A stretch of DNA of 64,000 nt. Source: Auanema rhodensis. Its lineage: Eukaryota > Animalia > Nematoda. The notes beneath the pieces are model-generated. The model did not search any database and had not been told where the DNA came from. It was given only the letters and a program-made list of their open reading frames with translations. Location of the stretch: the NCBI GenBank assembly GCA_964057225.1, contig OZ059898.1:20274001-20338000 (forward strand). Direction: 5' to 3'. The translations under genes were made by a program, and so were the position numbers. Each line of letters opens with the position of its first letter. The first letter of the stretch is position 1. Positions 27,900 to 42,699 of this stretch are shown here, piece by piece.

Positions 27900-30800
27900 T
27901 TAATTAGCATAAATTAAAGTTCACTTAAATTTCAAAGTCATGGTTACCATGCATCAATATCAATAAAATTTTGTTTTTAGACTAATATGGACATGGGGAA
28001 TCTAATTTTGAAAACCGCATCTCTTTATCTTTCACGTGAAGCGAGTTACATACCAAGTGCACATCCCGTGTACATTTAATTAGCATAAATTAAAGTTCAC
28101 GTAAATTTCAAACTCATGGTTACCATGCACCAATATCAATAAAAATTTGTTTTTAGACTAATATGGACATGGGGAATCTATATTTGAAAAACGCATCTCT
28201 TTATCTTTCACGTGAAGCGAGTTACATACCAAGTGCACATCACGTGTACATTTAATTAGCATAAATCAAAGTTCACGTAAATTTCAAAGTCATGGTTACC
28301 ATGCACCAATATCAATAAAAATTTGTTTTTAGACTAATATGTACATGGAGAATCTAATTTTAAAAACCGCATCTCTTTATCTTTCACGTGAAGCGAGTTA
28401 CATACCAAGTGCACATCACGTGTACATTTAATTAGCATAAATTAAAGTTCACGTAAATTTCAAAGTCATGGTTACCATGCACCAATATCAATAAAATTTT
28501 GTTTTTAGACTAATATGGACATGGGGAATCTAATTTTGAAAACCGCATCTCTTTATCTTTCATGTGAAGCGAGTTACATACCAAGTGCACATCACGTGTA
28601 CATTTAATTAGCATAAATTAAAGTTCACGTAAATTTCAAACTCATGGTTACCATGCACCAATATCAATAAAAATTTGTTTTTAGACTAATATGGACATGG
28701 AGAATCTAATTTTGAAAACCGCATCTCTTTATCTTTCACGTGAAGCGAGTTACATACCAAGTGCACATCACGTGTACATTTAATTAGCATAAATTAAAGT
28801 TCACGTAAATTTCAAACTCATGGTTACCATGCACCAATATCAATAAAAATTTGTTTTTAGAGTAATATGGACATGGAGAATCTATTTTTAAAAACCGCAT
28901 CTCTTTATCTTTCACGTGAAGCGAGTTACATACCAAGTGCACATCACGTGTACATTTAATTAGCATAAATTAAAGTTCACGTAAATTTCAAACTCATGGT
29001 TACCATGCACCAATATCAATAAAATTTTGTTTTTAGACTAATATGGACATGGGGAATCTATATTTGAAAAACGCATCTCTTTATCTTTCACGTGAAGCGA
29101 GTTACATACCAAGTGCACATCACGTGTACATTTAATTAGCATAAATCAAAGTTCACGTAAATTTCAAAGTCATGGTTACCATGCACCAATATCAATAAAA
29201 TTTTGTTTTTAGACTAATATGGACATGGGGAATCTAATTATGAAAACCGCATCTCTTTATCTTTCACGTGAAGCGAGTTACATACCAAGTGCACATCACG
29301 TGTACATTTAATTAGCATAAATTAAAGTTCACGTAAATTTCAAAGTCATGGTTACCATGCACCAATATCAATAAAATTTTGTTTTTAGACTAATATGGAC
29401 ATGGGGAATCTAATTTTGAAAACCGCATCTCTTTATTTTTCACGTGAAGCGAGTTACATACCAAGTGCACATCACGTGTACATTTAATTAGCATAAATTA
29501 AAGTTCACGTAAATTTCAAACTCATGGTTACCATGCACCAATATCAATAAAAATTTGTTTTTAGACTAATATGGACATGGAGAATCTAATTTTGAAAACC
29601 GCATCTCTTTATCTTTCACGTGAAGCGAGTTACATACCAAGTGCACATCACGTGTACATTTAATTAGCATAAATTAAAGTTCACGTAAATTTCAAACTCA
29701 TGGTTACCATGCACCAATATCAATAAAAATTTGTTTTTAGAGTAATATGGACATGGAGAATCTATTTTTAAAAACCGCATCTCTTTATCTTTCACGTGAA
29801 GCGAGTTACATACCAAGTGCACATCACGTGTACATTTAATTAGCATAAATTAAAGTTCACGTAAATTTCAAACTCATGGTTACCATGCACCAATATCAAT
29901 AAAATTTTGTTTTTAGACTAATATGGACATGGGGAATCTAATTATGAAAACCGCATCTCTTTATCTTTCACGTGAAGCGAGTTACATACCAAGTGCACAT
30001 CACGTGTACATTTAATTAGCATAAATTAAAGTTCACGTAAATTTCAAACTCATGGTTACCATGCACCAATATCAATAAAAATTTGTTTTTAGACTAATAT
30101 GGACATGGGGAATCTATATTTGAAAAACGCATCTCTTTATCTTTCACGTGAAGCGAGTTACATACCAAGTGCACATCACGTGTACATTTAATTAGCATAA
30201 ATCAAAGTTCACGTAAATTTCAAAGTCATGGTTACCATGCACCAATATCAATAAAAATTTGTTTTTAGACTAATATGTACATGGAGAATCTAATTTTAAA
30301 AACCGCATCTCTTTATCTTTCACGTGAAGCGAGTTACATACCAAGTGCACATCACGTGTACATTTAATTAGCATAAATTAAAGTTCACGTAAATTTCAAA
30401 GTCATGGTTACCATGCACCAATATCAATAAAATTTTGTTTTTAGACTAATATGGACATGGGGAATCTAATTTTGAAAACCGCATCTCTTTATCTTTCATG
30501 TGAAGCGAGTTACATACCAAGTGCACATCACGTGTACATTTAATTAGCATAAATTAAAGTTCACGTAAATTTCAAACTCATGGTTACCATGCACCAATAT
30601 CAATAAAAATTTGTTTTTAGACTAATATGGACATGGAGAATCTAATTTTGAAAACCGCATCTCTTTATCTTTCACGTGAAGCGAGTTACATACCAAGTGC
30701 ACATCACGTGTACATTTAATTAGCATAAATTAAAGTTCACGTAAATTTCAAACTCATGGTTACCATGCACCAATATCAATAAAAATTTGTTTTTAGAGTA

Positions 30801-33800
30801 ATATGGACATGGAGAATCTATTTTTAAAAACCGCATCTCTTTATCTTTCACGTGAAGCGAGTTACATACCAAGTGCACATCACGTGTACATTTAATTAGC
30901 ATAAATTAAAGTTCACGTAAATTTCAAACTCATGGTTACCATGCACCAATATCAATAAAATTTTGTTTTTAGACTAATATGGACATGGGGAATCTATATT
31001 TGAAAAACGCATCTCTTTATCTTTCACGTGAAGCGAGTTACATACCAAGTGCACATCACGTGTACATTTAATTAGCATAAATCAAAGTTCACGTAAATTT
31101 CAAAGTCATGGTTACCATGCACCAATATCAATAAAATTTTGTTTTTAGACTAATATGGACATGGGGAATCTAATTATGAAAACCGCATCTCTTTATCTTT
31201 CACGTGAAGCGAGTTACATACCAAGTGCACATCACGTGTACATTTAATTAGCATAAATTAAAGTTCACGTAAATTTCAAAGTCATGGTTACCATGCACCA
31301 ATATCAATAAAATTTTGTTTTTAGACTAATATGGACATGGGGAATCTAATTTTGAAAACCGCATCTCTTTATTTTTCACGTGAAGCGAGTTACATACCAA
31401 GTGCACATCACGTGTACATTTAATTAGCATAAATTAAAGTTCACGTAAATTTCAAAGTCATGGTTACCATGCACCAATATCAATAAAAATTTGTTTTTAG
31501 ACTAATATGGACATGGAGAATCTAATTTTAAAAACCGCATCTCTTTATCTTTCACGTGAAGCGAGTTACGTACCAAGTGCACATCACGTGTACATTTAAT
31601 TAGCATAAATTAAAGTTCACGTAAATTTCAAAGTCATGGTTACCATGCACCAATATCAATAAAATTTTGTTTTTAGACTAATATGGACATGGGGAATCTA
31701 ATTTTGAAAACCGCATCTCTTTATCTTTCACGTGAAGCGAGTTACATACCAAGTGCACATCACGTGTACATTTAATTAGCATAAATTAAAGTTCACGTAA
31801 ATTTCAAACTCATGGTTACCATGCACCAATATCAATAAAAATTTGTTTTTAGACTAATATGGACATGGAGAATCTAATTTTGAAAACCGCATCTCTTTAT
31901 CTTTCACGTGAAGCGAGTTACATACCAAGTGCACATCACGTGTACATTTAATTAGCATAAATTAAAGTTCACGTAAATTTCAAACTCATGGTTACCATGC
32001 ACCAATATCAATAAAAATTTGTTTTTAGAGTAATATGGACATGGAGAATCTATTTTTAAAAACCGCATCTCTTTATCTTTCACGTGAAGCGAGTTACATA
32101 CCAAGTGCACATCACGTGTACATTTAATTAGCATAAATTAAAGTTCACGTAAATTTCAAACTCATGGTTACCATGCACCAATATCAATAAAATTTTGTTT
32201 TTAGACTAATATGGACATGGAGAATCTATATTTGAAAAACGCATCTCTTTATCTTTCACGTGAAGCGAGTTACATACCAAGTGCACATCACGTGTACATT
32301 TAATTAGCATAAATTAAAGTTCACGTAAATTTCAAACTCATGGTTACCATGCACCAATATCAATAAAATTTTGTTTTTAGAGTAATATGGACATGGAGAA
32401 TCTATTTTTAAAAACCGCATCTCTTTATCTTTCACGTGAAGCGAGTTACATACCAAGTGCACATCACGTGTACATTTAATTAGCATAAATTAAAGTTCAC
32501 GTAAATTTCAAACTCATGGTTACCATGCACCAATATCAATAAAATTTTGTTTTTAGACTAATATGGACATGGAGAATCTATATTTGAAAAACGCATCTCT
32601 TTATCTTTCACGTGAAGCGAGTTACATACCAAGTGCACATCACGTGTACATTTAATTAGCATAAATCAAAGTTCACGTAAATTTCAAAGTCATGGTTACC
32701 ATGCACCAATATCAATAAAATTTTGTTTTTAGACTAATATGGACATGGGGAATCTAATTATGAAAACCGCATCTCTTTATCTTTCACGTGAAGCGAGTTA
32801 CATACCAAGTGCACATCACGTGTACATTTAATTAGCATAAATTAAAGTTCACGTAAATTTCAAAGTCATGGTTACCATGCACCAATATCAATAAAATTTT
32901 GTTTTTAGACTAATATGGACATGGGGAATCTAATTATGAAAACCGCATCTCTTTATCTTTCACGTGAAGCGAGTTACATACCAAGTGCACATCACGTGTA
33001 CATTTAATTAGCATAAATTAAAGTTCACGTAAATTTCAAACTCATGGTTACCATGCACCAATATCAATAAAAATTTGTTTTTAGACTAATATGGACATGG
33101 AGAATCTAATTTTGAAAACCGCATCTCTTTATCTTTCACGTGAAGCGAGTTACATACCAAGTGCACATCACGTGTACATTTAATTAGCATAAATTAAAGT
33201 TCACGTAAATTTCAAACTCATGGTTACCATGCACCAATATCAATAAAAATTTGTTTTTAGAGTAATATGGACATGGAGAATCTATTTTTAAAAACCGCAT
33301 CTCTTTATCTTTCACGTGAAGCGAGTTACATACCAAGTGCACATCACGTGTACATTTAATTAGCATAAATTAAAGTTCACGTAAATTTCAAACTCATGGT
33401 TACCATGCACCAATATCAATAAAATTTTGTTTTTAGACTAATATGGACATGGAGAATCTATATTTGAAAAACGCATCTCTTTATCTTTCACGTGAAGCGA
33501 GTTACATACCAAGTGCACATCACGTGTACATTTAATTAGCATAAATTAAAGTTCACGTAAATTTCAAAGTCATGGTTACCATGAACCAATATCAATAAAA
33601 ATTTGTTTTTAGACTAATATGGACATGGGGAATCTAATTATGAAAACCGCATCTCTTTATCTTTCACGTGAAGCGAGTTACATACCAAGTGCACATCACG
33701 TGTACATTTAATTAGCATAAATTAAAGTTCACGTAAATTTCAAAGTCATGGTTACCATGCACCAATATCAATAAAATTTTGTTTTTAGACTAATATGGAC

Positions 33801-36800
33801 ATGGGGAATCTAATTTTGAAAACCGCATCTCTTTATTTTTCACGTGAAGCGAGTTACATACCAAGTGCACATCACGTGTACATTTAATTAGCATAAATTA
33901 AAGTTCACGTAAATTTCAAACTCATGGTTACCATGCACCAATATCAATAAAAATTTGTTTTTAGACTAATATGGACATGGAGAATCTAATTTTGAAAACC
34001 GCATCTCTTTATCTTTCACGTGAAGCGAGTTACATACCAAGTGCACATCACGTGTACATTTAATTAGCATAAATTAAAGTTCACGTAAATTTCAAACTCA
34101 TGGTTACCATGCACCAATATCAATAAAAATTTGTTTTTAGAGTAATATGGACATGGAGAATCTATTTTTAAAAACCGCATCTCTTTATCTTTCACGTGAA
34201 GCGAGTTACATACCAAGTGCACATCACGTGTACATTTAATTAGCATAAATTAAAGTTCACGTAAATTTCAAACTCATGGTTACCATGCACCAATATCAAT
34301 AAAATTTTGTTTTTAGACTAATATGGACATGGAGAATCTATATTTGAAAAACGCATCTCTTTATCTTTCACGTGAAGCGAGTTACATACCAAGTGCACAT
34401 CACGTGTACATTTAATTAGCATAAATCAAAGTTCACGTAAATTTCAAAGTCATGGTTACCATGCACCAATATCAATAAAATTTTGTTTTTAGACTAATAT
34501 GGACATGGGGAATCTAATTATGAAAACCGCATCTCTTTATCTTTCACGTGAAGCGAGTTACATACCAAGTGCACATCACGTGTACATTTAATTAGCATAA
34601 ATTAAAGTTCACGTAAATTTCAAAGTCATGGTTACCATGCACCAATATCAATAAAATTTTGTTTTTAGACTAATATGGACATGGGGAATCTAATTTTGAA
34701 AACCGCATCTCTTTATTTTTCACGTGAAGCGAGTTACATACCAAGTGCACATCACGTGTACATTTAATTAGCATAAATTAAAGTTCACGTAAATTTCAAA
34801 CTCATGGTTACCATGCACCAATATCAATAAAAATTTGTTTTTAGACTAATATGGACATGGAGAATCTAATTTTAAAAACCGCATCTCTTTATCTTTCACG
34901 TGAAGCGAGTTACATACCAAGTGCACATCACGTGTACATTTAATTAGCATAAATTAAAGTTCACGTAAATTTCAAAGTCATGGTTACCATGCACCAATAT
35001 CAATAAAATTTTGTTTTTACTAATATGGACATGAGGAATCTAATTTTGAAAACCGCATCTCTTTATCTTTCACGTGAAGCGAGTTACATACCAAGTGCAC
35101 ATCACGTGTACATTTAATTAGCATAAATTAAAGTTCACGTAAATTTCAAACTCATGGTTACCATGCACCAATATCAATAAAAATTTGTTTTTAGACTAAT
35201 ATGGACATGGAGAATCTAATTTTGAAAACCGCATCTCTTTATCTTTCACGTGAAGCGAGTTACATACCAAGTGCACATCACGTGTACATTTAATTAGCAT
35301 AAATTAAAGTTCACGTAAATTTCAAACTCATGGTTACCATGCACCAATATCAATAAAAATTTGTTTTTAGAGTAATATGGACATGGAGAATCTATTTTTA
35401 AAAACCGCATCTCTTTATCTTTCACGTGAAGCGAGTTACATACCAAGTGCACATCACGTGTACATTTAATTAGCATAAATTAAAGTTCACTTAAATTTGA
35501 AAGTCATGGTTACCATGCACCAATATCAATAAAATTTTGTTTTTAGACTAATATGGACATGGGGAATCTAATTTTGAAAACCGCATCTCTTTATCTTTCA
35601 CGTGAAGCGAGTTACATACCAAGTGCACATCCCGTGTACATTTAATTAGCATAAATTAAAGTTCACGTAAATTTCAAACTCATGGTTACCATGCACCAAT
35701 ATCAATAAAAATTTGTTTTTAGACTAATATGGACATGGGGAATCTATATTTGAAAAACGCATCTCTTTATCTTTCACGTGAAGCGAGTTACATACCAAGT
35801 GCACATCACGTGTACATTTAATTAGCATAAATCAAAGTTCACGTAAATTTCAAAGTCATGGTTACCATGCACCAATATCAATAAAATTTTGTTTTTAGAC
35901 TAATATGGACATGGGGAATCTAATTTTGAAAACCGCATCTCTTTATTTTTCACGTGAAGCGAGTTACATACCAAGTGCACATCACGTGTACATTTAATTA
36001 GCATAAATTAAAGTTCACGTAAATTTCAAACTCATGGTTACCATGCACCAATATCAATAAAAATTTGTTTTTAGACTAATATGTACATGGAGAATCTAAT
36101 TTTAAAAACCGCATCTCTTTATCTTTCACGTGAAGCGAGTTACATACCAAGTGCACATCACGTGTACATTTAATTAGCATAAATTAAAGTTCACGTAAAT
36201 TTCAAAGTCATGGTTACCATGCACCAATATCAATAAAATTTTGTTTTTAGACTAATATGGACATGGGGAATCTAATTTTGAAAACCGCATCTCTTTATCT
36301 TTCATGTGAAGCGAGTTACATACCAAGTGCACATCACGTGTACATTTAATTAGCATAAATTAAAGTTCACGTAAATTTCAAACTCATGGTTACCATGCAC
36401 CAATATCAATAAAAATTTGTTTTTAGACTAATATGGACATGGAGAATCTAATTTTGAAAACCGAATCTCTTTATCTTTCACGTGAAGCGAGTTACATACC
36501 AAGTGCACATCACGTGTACATTTAATTAGCATAAATTAAAGTTCACGTAAATTTCAAACTCATGGTTACCATGCACCAATATCAATAAAAATTTGTTTTT
36601 AGAGTAATATGGACATGGAGAATCTATTTTTAAAAACCGCATCTCTTTATCTTTCACGTGAAGCGAGTTACAAACCAAGTGCACATCACGTGTACATTTA
36701 ATTAGCATAAATTAAAGTTCACGTAAATTTCAAACTCATGGTTACCATGCACCAATATCAATAAAATTTTGTTTTTAGACTAATATGGACATGGGGAATC

Positions 36801-39800
36801 TAATTTTGAAAACCGCATCTCTTTATCTTTCACGTGAAGCGAGTTACATACCAAGTGCACATCCCGTGTACATTTAATTAGCATAAATTAAAGTTCACGT
36901 AAATTTCAAACTCATGGTTACCATGCACCAATATCAATAAAAATTTGTTTTTAGACTAATATGGACATGGGGAATCTATATTTGAAAAACGCATCTCTTT
37001 ATCTTTCACGTGAAGCGAGTTACATACCAAGTGCACATCACGTGTACATTTAATTAGCATAAATCAAAGTTCACGTAAATTTCAAAGTCATGGTTACCAT
37101 GCACCAATATCAATAAAATTTTGTTTTTAGACTAATATGGACATGGGGAATCTAATTATGAAAACCGCATCTCTTTATCTTTCACGTGAAGCGAGTTACA
37201 TACCAAGTGCACATCACGTGTACATTTAATTAGCATAAATTAAAGTTCACGTAAATTTCAAAGTCATGGTTACCATGCACCAATATCAATAAAATTTTGT
37301 TTTTAGACTAATATGGACATGGGGAATCTAATTTTGAAAACCGCATCTCTTTATTTTTCACGTGAAGCGAGTTACATACCAAGTGCACATCACGTGTACA
37401 TTTAATTAGCATAAATTAAAGTTCACGTAAATTTCAAACTCATGGTTACCATGCACCAATATCAATAAAAATTTGTTTTTAGACTAATATGGACATGGAG
37501 AATCTAATTTTAAAAACCGCATCTCTTTATCTTTCACGTGAAGCGAGTTACATACCAAGTGCACATCACGTGTACATTTAATTAGCATAAATTAAAGTTC
37601 ACGTAAATTTCAAAGTCATGGTTACCATGCACCAATATCAATAAAATTTTGTTTTTAGACTAATATGGACATGGGGAATCTAATTTTGAAAACCGCATCT
37701 CTTTATCTTTCACGTGAAGCGAGTTACATACCAAGAGCACATCACGTGTACATTTAATTAGCATAAATTAAAGTTCACGTAAATTTCAAACTCATGGTTA
37801 CCATGCACCAATATCAATAAAAATTTGTTTTTAGAGTAATATGGACATGGAGAATCTATTTTTAAAAACCGCATCTCTTTATCTTTCACGTGAAGCGAGT
37901 TACATACCAAGTGCACATCACGTGTACATTTAATTAGCATAAATTAAAGTTCACGTAAATTTCAAACTCATGGTTACCATGCACCAATATCAATAAAATT
38001 TTGTTTTTAGACTAATATGGACATGGGGAATCTAATTTTAAAAACCGCATCTCTTTATCTTTCACGTGAAGCGAGTTACATACCAAGTGCACATCCCGTG
38101 TACATTTAATTAGCATAAATTAAAGTTCACGTAAATTTCAAACTCATGGTTACCATGCACCAATATCAATAAAAATTTGTTTTTAGACTAATATGGACAT
38201 GGGGAATCTATATTTGAAAAACGCATCTCTTTATCTTTCACGTGAAGCGAGTTACATACCAAGTGCACATCACGTGTACATTTAATTAGCATAAATCAAA
38301 GTTCACGTAAATTTCAAAGTCATGGTTACCATGCACCAATATCAATAAAATTTTGTTTTTAGACTAATATGGACATGGGGAATCTAATTATGAAAACCGC
38401 ATCTCTTTATCTTTCACGTGAAGCGAGTTACATACCAAGTGCACATCACGTGTACATTTAATTAGCATAAATTAAAGTTCACGTAAACTTCAAAGTCATG
38501 GTTACCATGCACCAATATCAATAAAATTTTGTTTTTAGATTAATATTGACATGGGGAATCTAATTTTGAAAACCGCATCTCTTTATTTTTCACGTGAAGC
38601 GAGTTACATACCAAGTGCACATCACGTGTACATTTAATTAGCATAAATTAAAGTTCACGTAAATTTCAAACTCATGGTTACCATGCACCAATATCAATAA
38701 AAATTTGTTTTTAGACTAATATGGACATGGAGAATCTAATTTTAAAAACCGCATCTCTTTATCTTTCACGTGAAGCGAGTTACATACCAAGTGCACATCA
38801 CGTGTACATTTAATTAGCATAAATTAAAGTTCACGTAAATTTCAAAGTCATGGTTACCATGCACCAATATCAATAAAATTTTGTTTTTAGACTAATATGG
38901 ACATGGGGAATCAAATTTTGAAAACCGCATCTCTTTATCTTTCACGTGAAGCGAGTTACATACCAAGTGCACATCACGTGTACATTTAATTAGCATAAAT
39001 TAAAGTTCACGTAAATTTCAAACTCATGGTTACCATGCACCAATATCAATAAAAATTTGTTTTTAGACTAATATGGACATGGAGAATCTAATTTTGAAAA
39101 CCGCATCTCTTTATCTTTCACGTGAAGCGAGTTACATACCAAGTGCACATCACGTGTACATTTAATTAGCATAAATTAAAGTTCACGTAAATTTCAAACT
39201 CATGGTTACCATGCACCAATATCAATAAAAATTTGTTTTTAGACTAATATGGACATGGAGAATCTATTTTTAAAAACCGCATCTCTTTATCTTTCACGTG
39301 AAGCGAGTTACATACCAAGTGCACATCACGTGTACATTTAATTAGCATAAATTAAAGTTCACGTAAATTTCAAACTCATGGTTACCATGCACCAATATCA
39401 ATAGAAATTTGTTTTTAGACTAATATGGACATGGAGAATCTAATTTTAAAAACCGCATCTCTTTATCTTTCACGTGAAGCGAGTTACATACCAAGTGCAC
39501 ATCACGTGTACATTTAATTAGCATAAATTAAAGTTCACGTAAATTTCAAACTCATGGTTACCATGCACCAATATCAATAGAAATTTGTTTTTAGACTAAT
39601 ATGGACATGGAGAATCTAATTTTAAAAACCGCATCTCTTTATCTTTCACGTGAAGCGAGTTACATACCAAGTGCACATCACGTGTACATTTAATTAGCAT
39701 AAATTAAAGTTCACGTAAATTTCAAACTCATGGTTACCATGCACCAATATCAATAAAAATTTGTTTTTAGACTAATATGGACATGGGGAATCTATATTTG

Positions 39801-41200
39801 AAAAACGCATCTCTTTATCTTTCACGTGAAGCGAGTTACATACCAAGTGCACATCACGTGTACATTTAATTAGCATAAATCAAAGTTCACGTAAATTTCA
39901 AAGTCATGGTTACCATGCACCAATATCAATAAAATTTTGTTTTTAGACTAATATGGACATGGGGAATCTAATTATGAAAACCGCATCTCTTTATCTTTCA
40001 CGTGAAGCGAGTTACATACCAAGTGCACATCACGTGTACATTTAATTAGCATAAATTAAAGTTCACGTAAATTTCAAAGTCATGGTTACCATGCACCAAT
40101 ATCAATAAAATTTTGTTTTTAGACTAATATGGACATGGGGAATCTAATTTTGAAAACCGCATCTCTTTATTTTTCACGTGAAGCGAGTTACATACCAAGT
40201 GCACATCACGTGTACATTTAATTAGCATAAATTAAAGTTCACGTAAATTTCAAACTCATGGTTACCATGCACCAATATCAATAAAAATTTGTTTTTAGAC
40301 TAATATGGACATGGAGAATCTAATTTTAAAAACCGCATCTCTTTATCTTTCACGTGAAGCGAGTTACATACCAAGTGCACATCACGTGTACATTTAATTA
40401 GCATAAATTAAAGTTCACGTAAATTTCAAAGTCATGGTTACCATGCACCAATATCAATAAAATTTTGTTTTTAGACTAATATGGACATGGGGAATCTAAT
40501 TTTGAAAACCGCATCTCTTTATCTTTCACGTGAAGCGAGTTACATACCAAGTGCACATCACGTGTACATTTAATTAGCATAAATTAAAGTTCACGTAAAT
40601 TTCAAACTCATGGTTACCATGCACCAATATCAATAAAAATTTGTTTTTAGACTAATATGGACATGGAGAATCTAATTTTGAAAACCGCATCTCTTTATCT
40701 TTCACGTGAAGCGAGTTACATACCAAGTGCACATCACGTGTACATTTAATTAGCATAAATTAAAGTTCACGTAAATTTCAAACTCATGGTTACCATGCAC
40801 CAATATCAATAAAAATTTGTTTTTAGAGTAATATGGACATGGAGAATCTATTTTTAAAAACCGCATCTCTTTATCTTTCACGTGAAGCGAGTTACATACC
40901 AAGTGCACATCACGTGTACATTTAATTAGCATAAATTAAAGTTCACGTAAATTTGAAACTCATGGTTACCATGCACCAATATCAATAAAATTTTGTTTTT
41001 AGACTAATATGGACATGGGGAATCTAATTTTGAAAACCGCATCTCTTTATCTTTCACGTGAAGCGAGTTACATACCAAGTGCACATCCCGTGTACATTTA
41101 ATTAGCATAAATTAAAGTTCACGTAAATTTCAAACTCATGGTTACCATGCACCAATATCAATAAAATTTTGTTTTTAGATTAATATGGACATGGGGAATC
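27900..41200 (-). repeat. Variable 5-7-monomer HOR domain, including an 11-monomer (1936-bp) duplication
   Basis: The TAGAGTAAT marker monomer recurs at spacings of 880, 1056, 1232, 352, 880, 880, 1230, 1232, 1232 and 2992 bp (from ORF-track coordinates). TTCATGTGAA occurs at 28563 and 30499 (offset 1936). Confidence 0.85.
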
Positions 41201-42699
41201 TAATTTTGAAAACCGCATCTCTTTATTTTTCACGTGAAGCGAGTTACATACCAAGTGCACATCACGTGTACATTTAATTAGCATAAATTAAAGTTCACGT
41301 AAATTTCAAACTCATGGTTACCATGCACCAATATCAATAAAAATTTGTTTTTAGCCTAATATGGACATGGAGAATCTAATTTTAAAAACCGCATCTCTTT
41401 ATCTTTCACGTGAAGCGAGTTACATACCAAGTGCACATCACGTGTACATTTAATTAGCATAAATTAAAGTTCACGTAAATTTCAAAGTCATGGTTACCAT
41501 GCACCAATATCAATAAAATTTTGTTTTTAGACTAATATGGACATGGGGAATCTAATTTTGAAAACCGCATCTCTTTATCTTTCACGTGAAGCGAGTTACA
41601 TACCAAGTGCACATCACGTGTACATTTAATTAGCATAAATTAAAGTTCACGTATATTTCAAACTCATGGTTACCATGCACCAATATCAATAAAAATTTGT
41701 TTTTAGACTAATATGGACATGGAGAATCTAATTTTGAAAACCGCATCTCTTTATCTTTCACGTGAAGCGAGTTACATACCAAGTGCACATCACGTGTACA
41801 TTTAATTAGCATAAATTAAAGTTCACGTAAATTTCAAACTCATGGTTACCATGCACCAATATCAATAAAAATTTGTTTTTAGACTAATATGGACATGGAG
41901 AATCTATTTTTAAAAACCGCATCTCTTTATCTTTCACGTGAAGCGAGTTACATACCAAGTGCACATCACGTGTACATTTAATTAGCATAAATTAAAGTTC
42001 ACGTAAATTTCAAACTCATGGTTACCATGCACCAATATCAATAGAAATTTGTTTTTAGACTAATATGGACATGGAGAATCTAATTTTGAAAACCGCATCT
42101 CTTTATCTTTCACGTGAAGCGAGTTACATACCAAGTGCACATCACGTGTACATTTAATTAGCATAAATTAAAGTTCACGTAAATTTCAAAGTCATGGTTA
42201 CCATGCACCAATATCAATAATATTTTGTTTTTAGACTAATATGGACATTAGGAATCTAATTTTGAAAACCGCATCTCTTTATCTTTCACGTGAAGCGAGT
42301 TACATACCAAGTGCACATCACGTGTACTTTTAATTAGCATAAATTAAAGTTCACGTAAATTTCAAACTCATGGTTACCATGCACCAATATCAATAAAAAT
42401 TTGTTTTTAGACTAATATGGACATGGAGAATCTAATTTTGAAAACCGCATCTCTTTATCTTTCACGTGAAGCGAGTTACATACCAAGTGCACATCACGTG
42501 TACATTTAATTAGCATAAATTAAAGTTCACGTAAATTTCAAACTCATGGTTACCATGCACCAATATCAATAAAAATTTGTTTTTAGACTAATATGGACAT
42601 GGAGAATCTATTTTTAAAAACCGCATCTCTTTATCTTTCACGTGAAGCGAGTTACATACCAAGTGCACATCACGTGTACATTTAATTAGCATAAATTAA

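Noticed and set aside
35010-35025. 2-bp deletion at about 35019 (and 1-bp deletion at about 50672)
   Set aside because: Isolated indels next to T-runs, consistent with ordinary slippage or sequencing error.
24560-40932. Twelve near-identical 60-aa ORFs (MLIKCTRDVH...) on the minus strand
   Set aside because: Each is one monomer in which the usual in-frame TAG (CCA TAT TAG) has become TAC or GAG through one SNP. They follow HOR copies and show no recognisable domain or expression signals, so they are useful only as markers.
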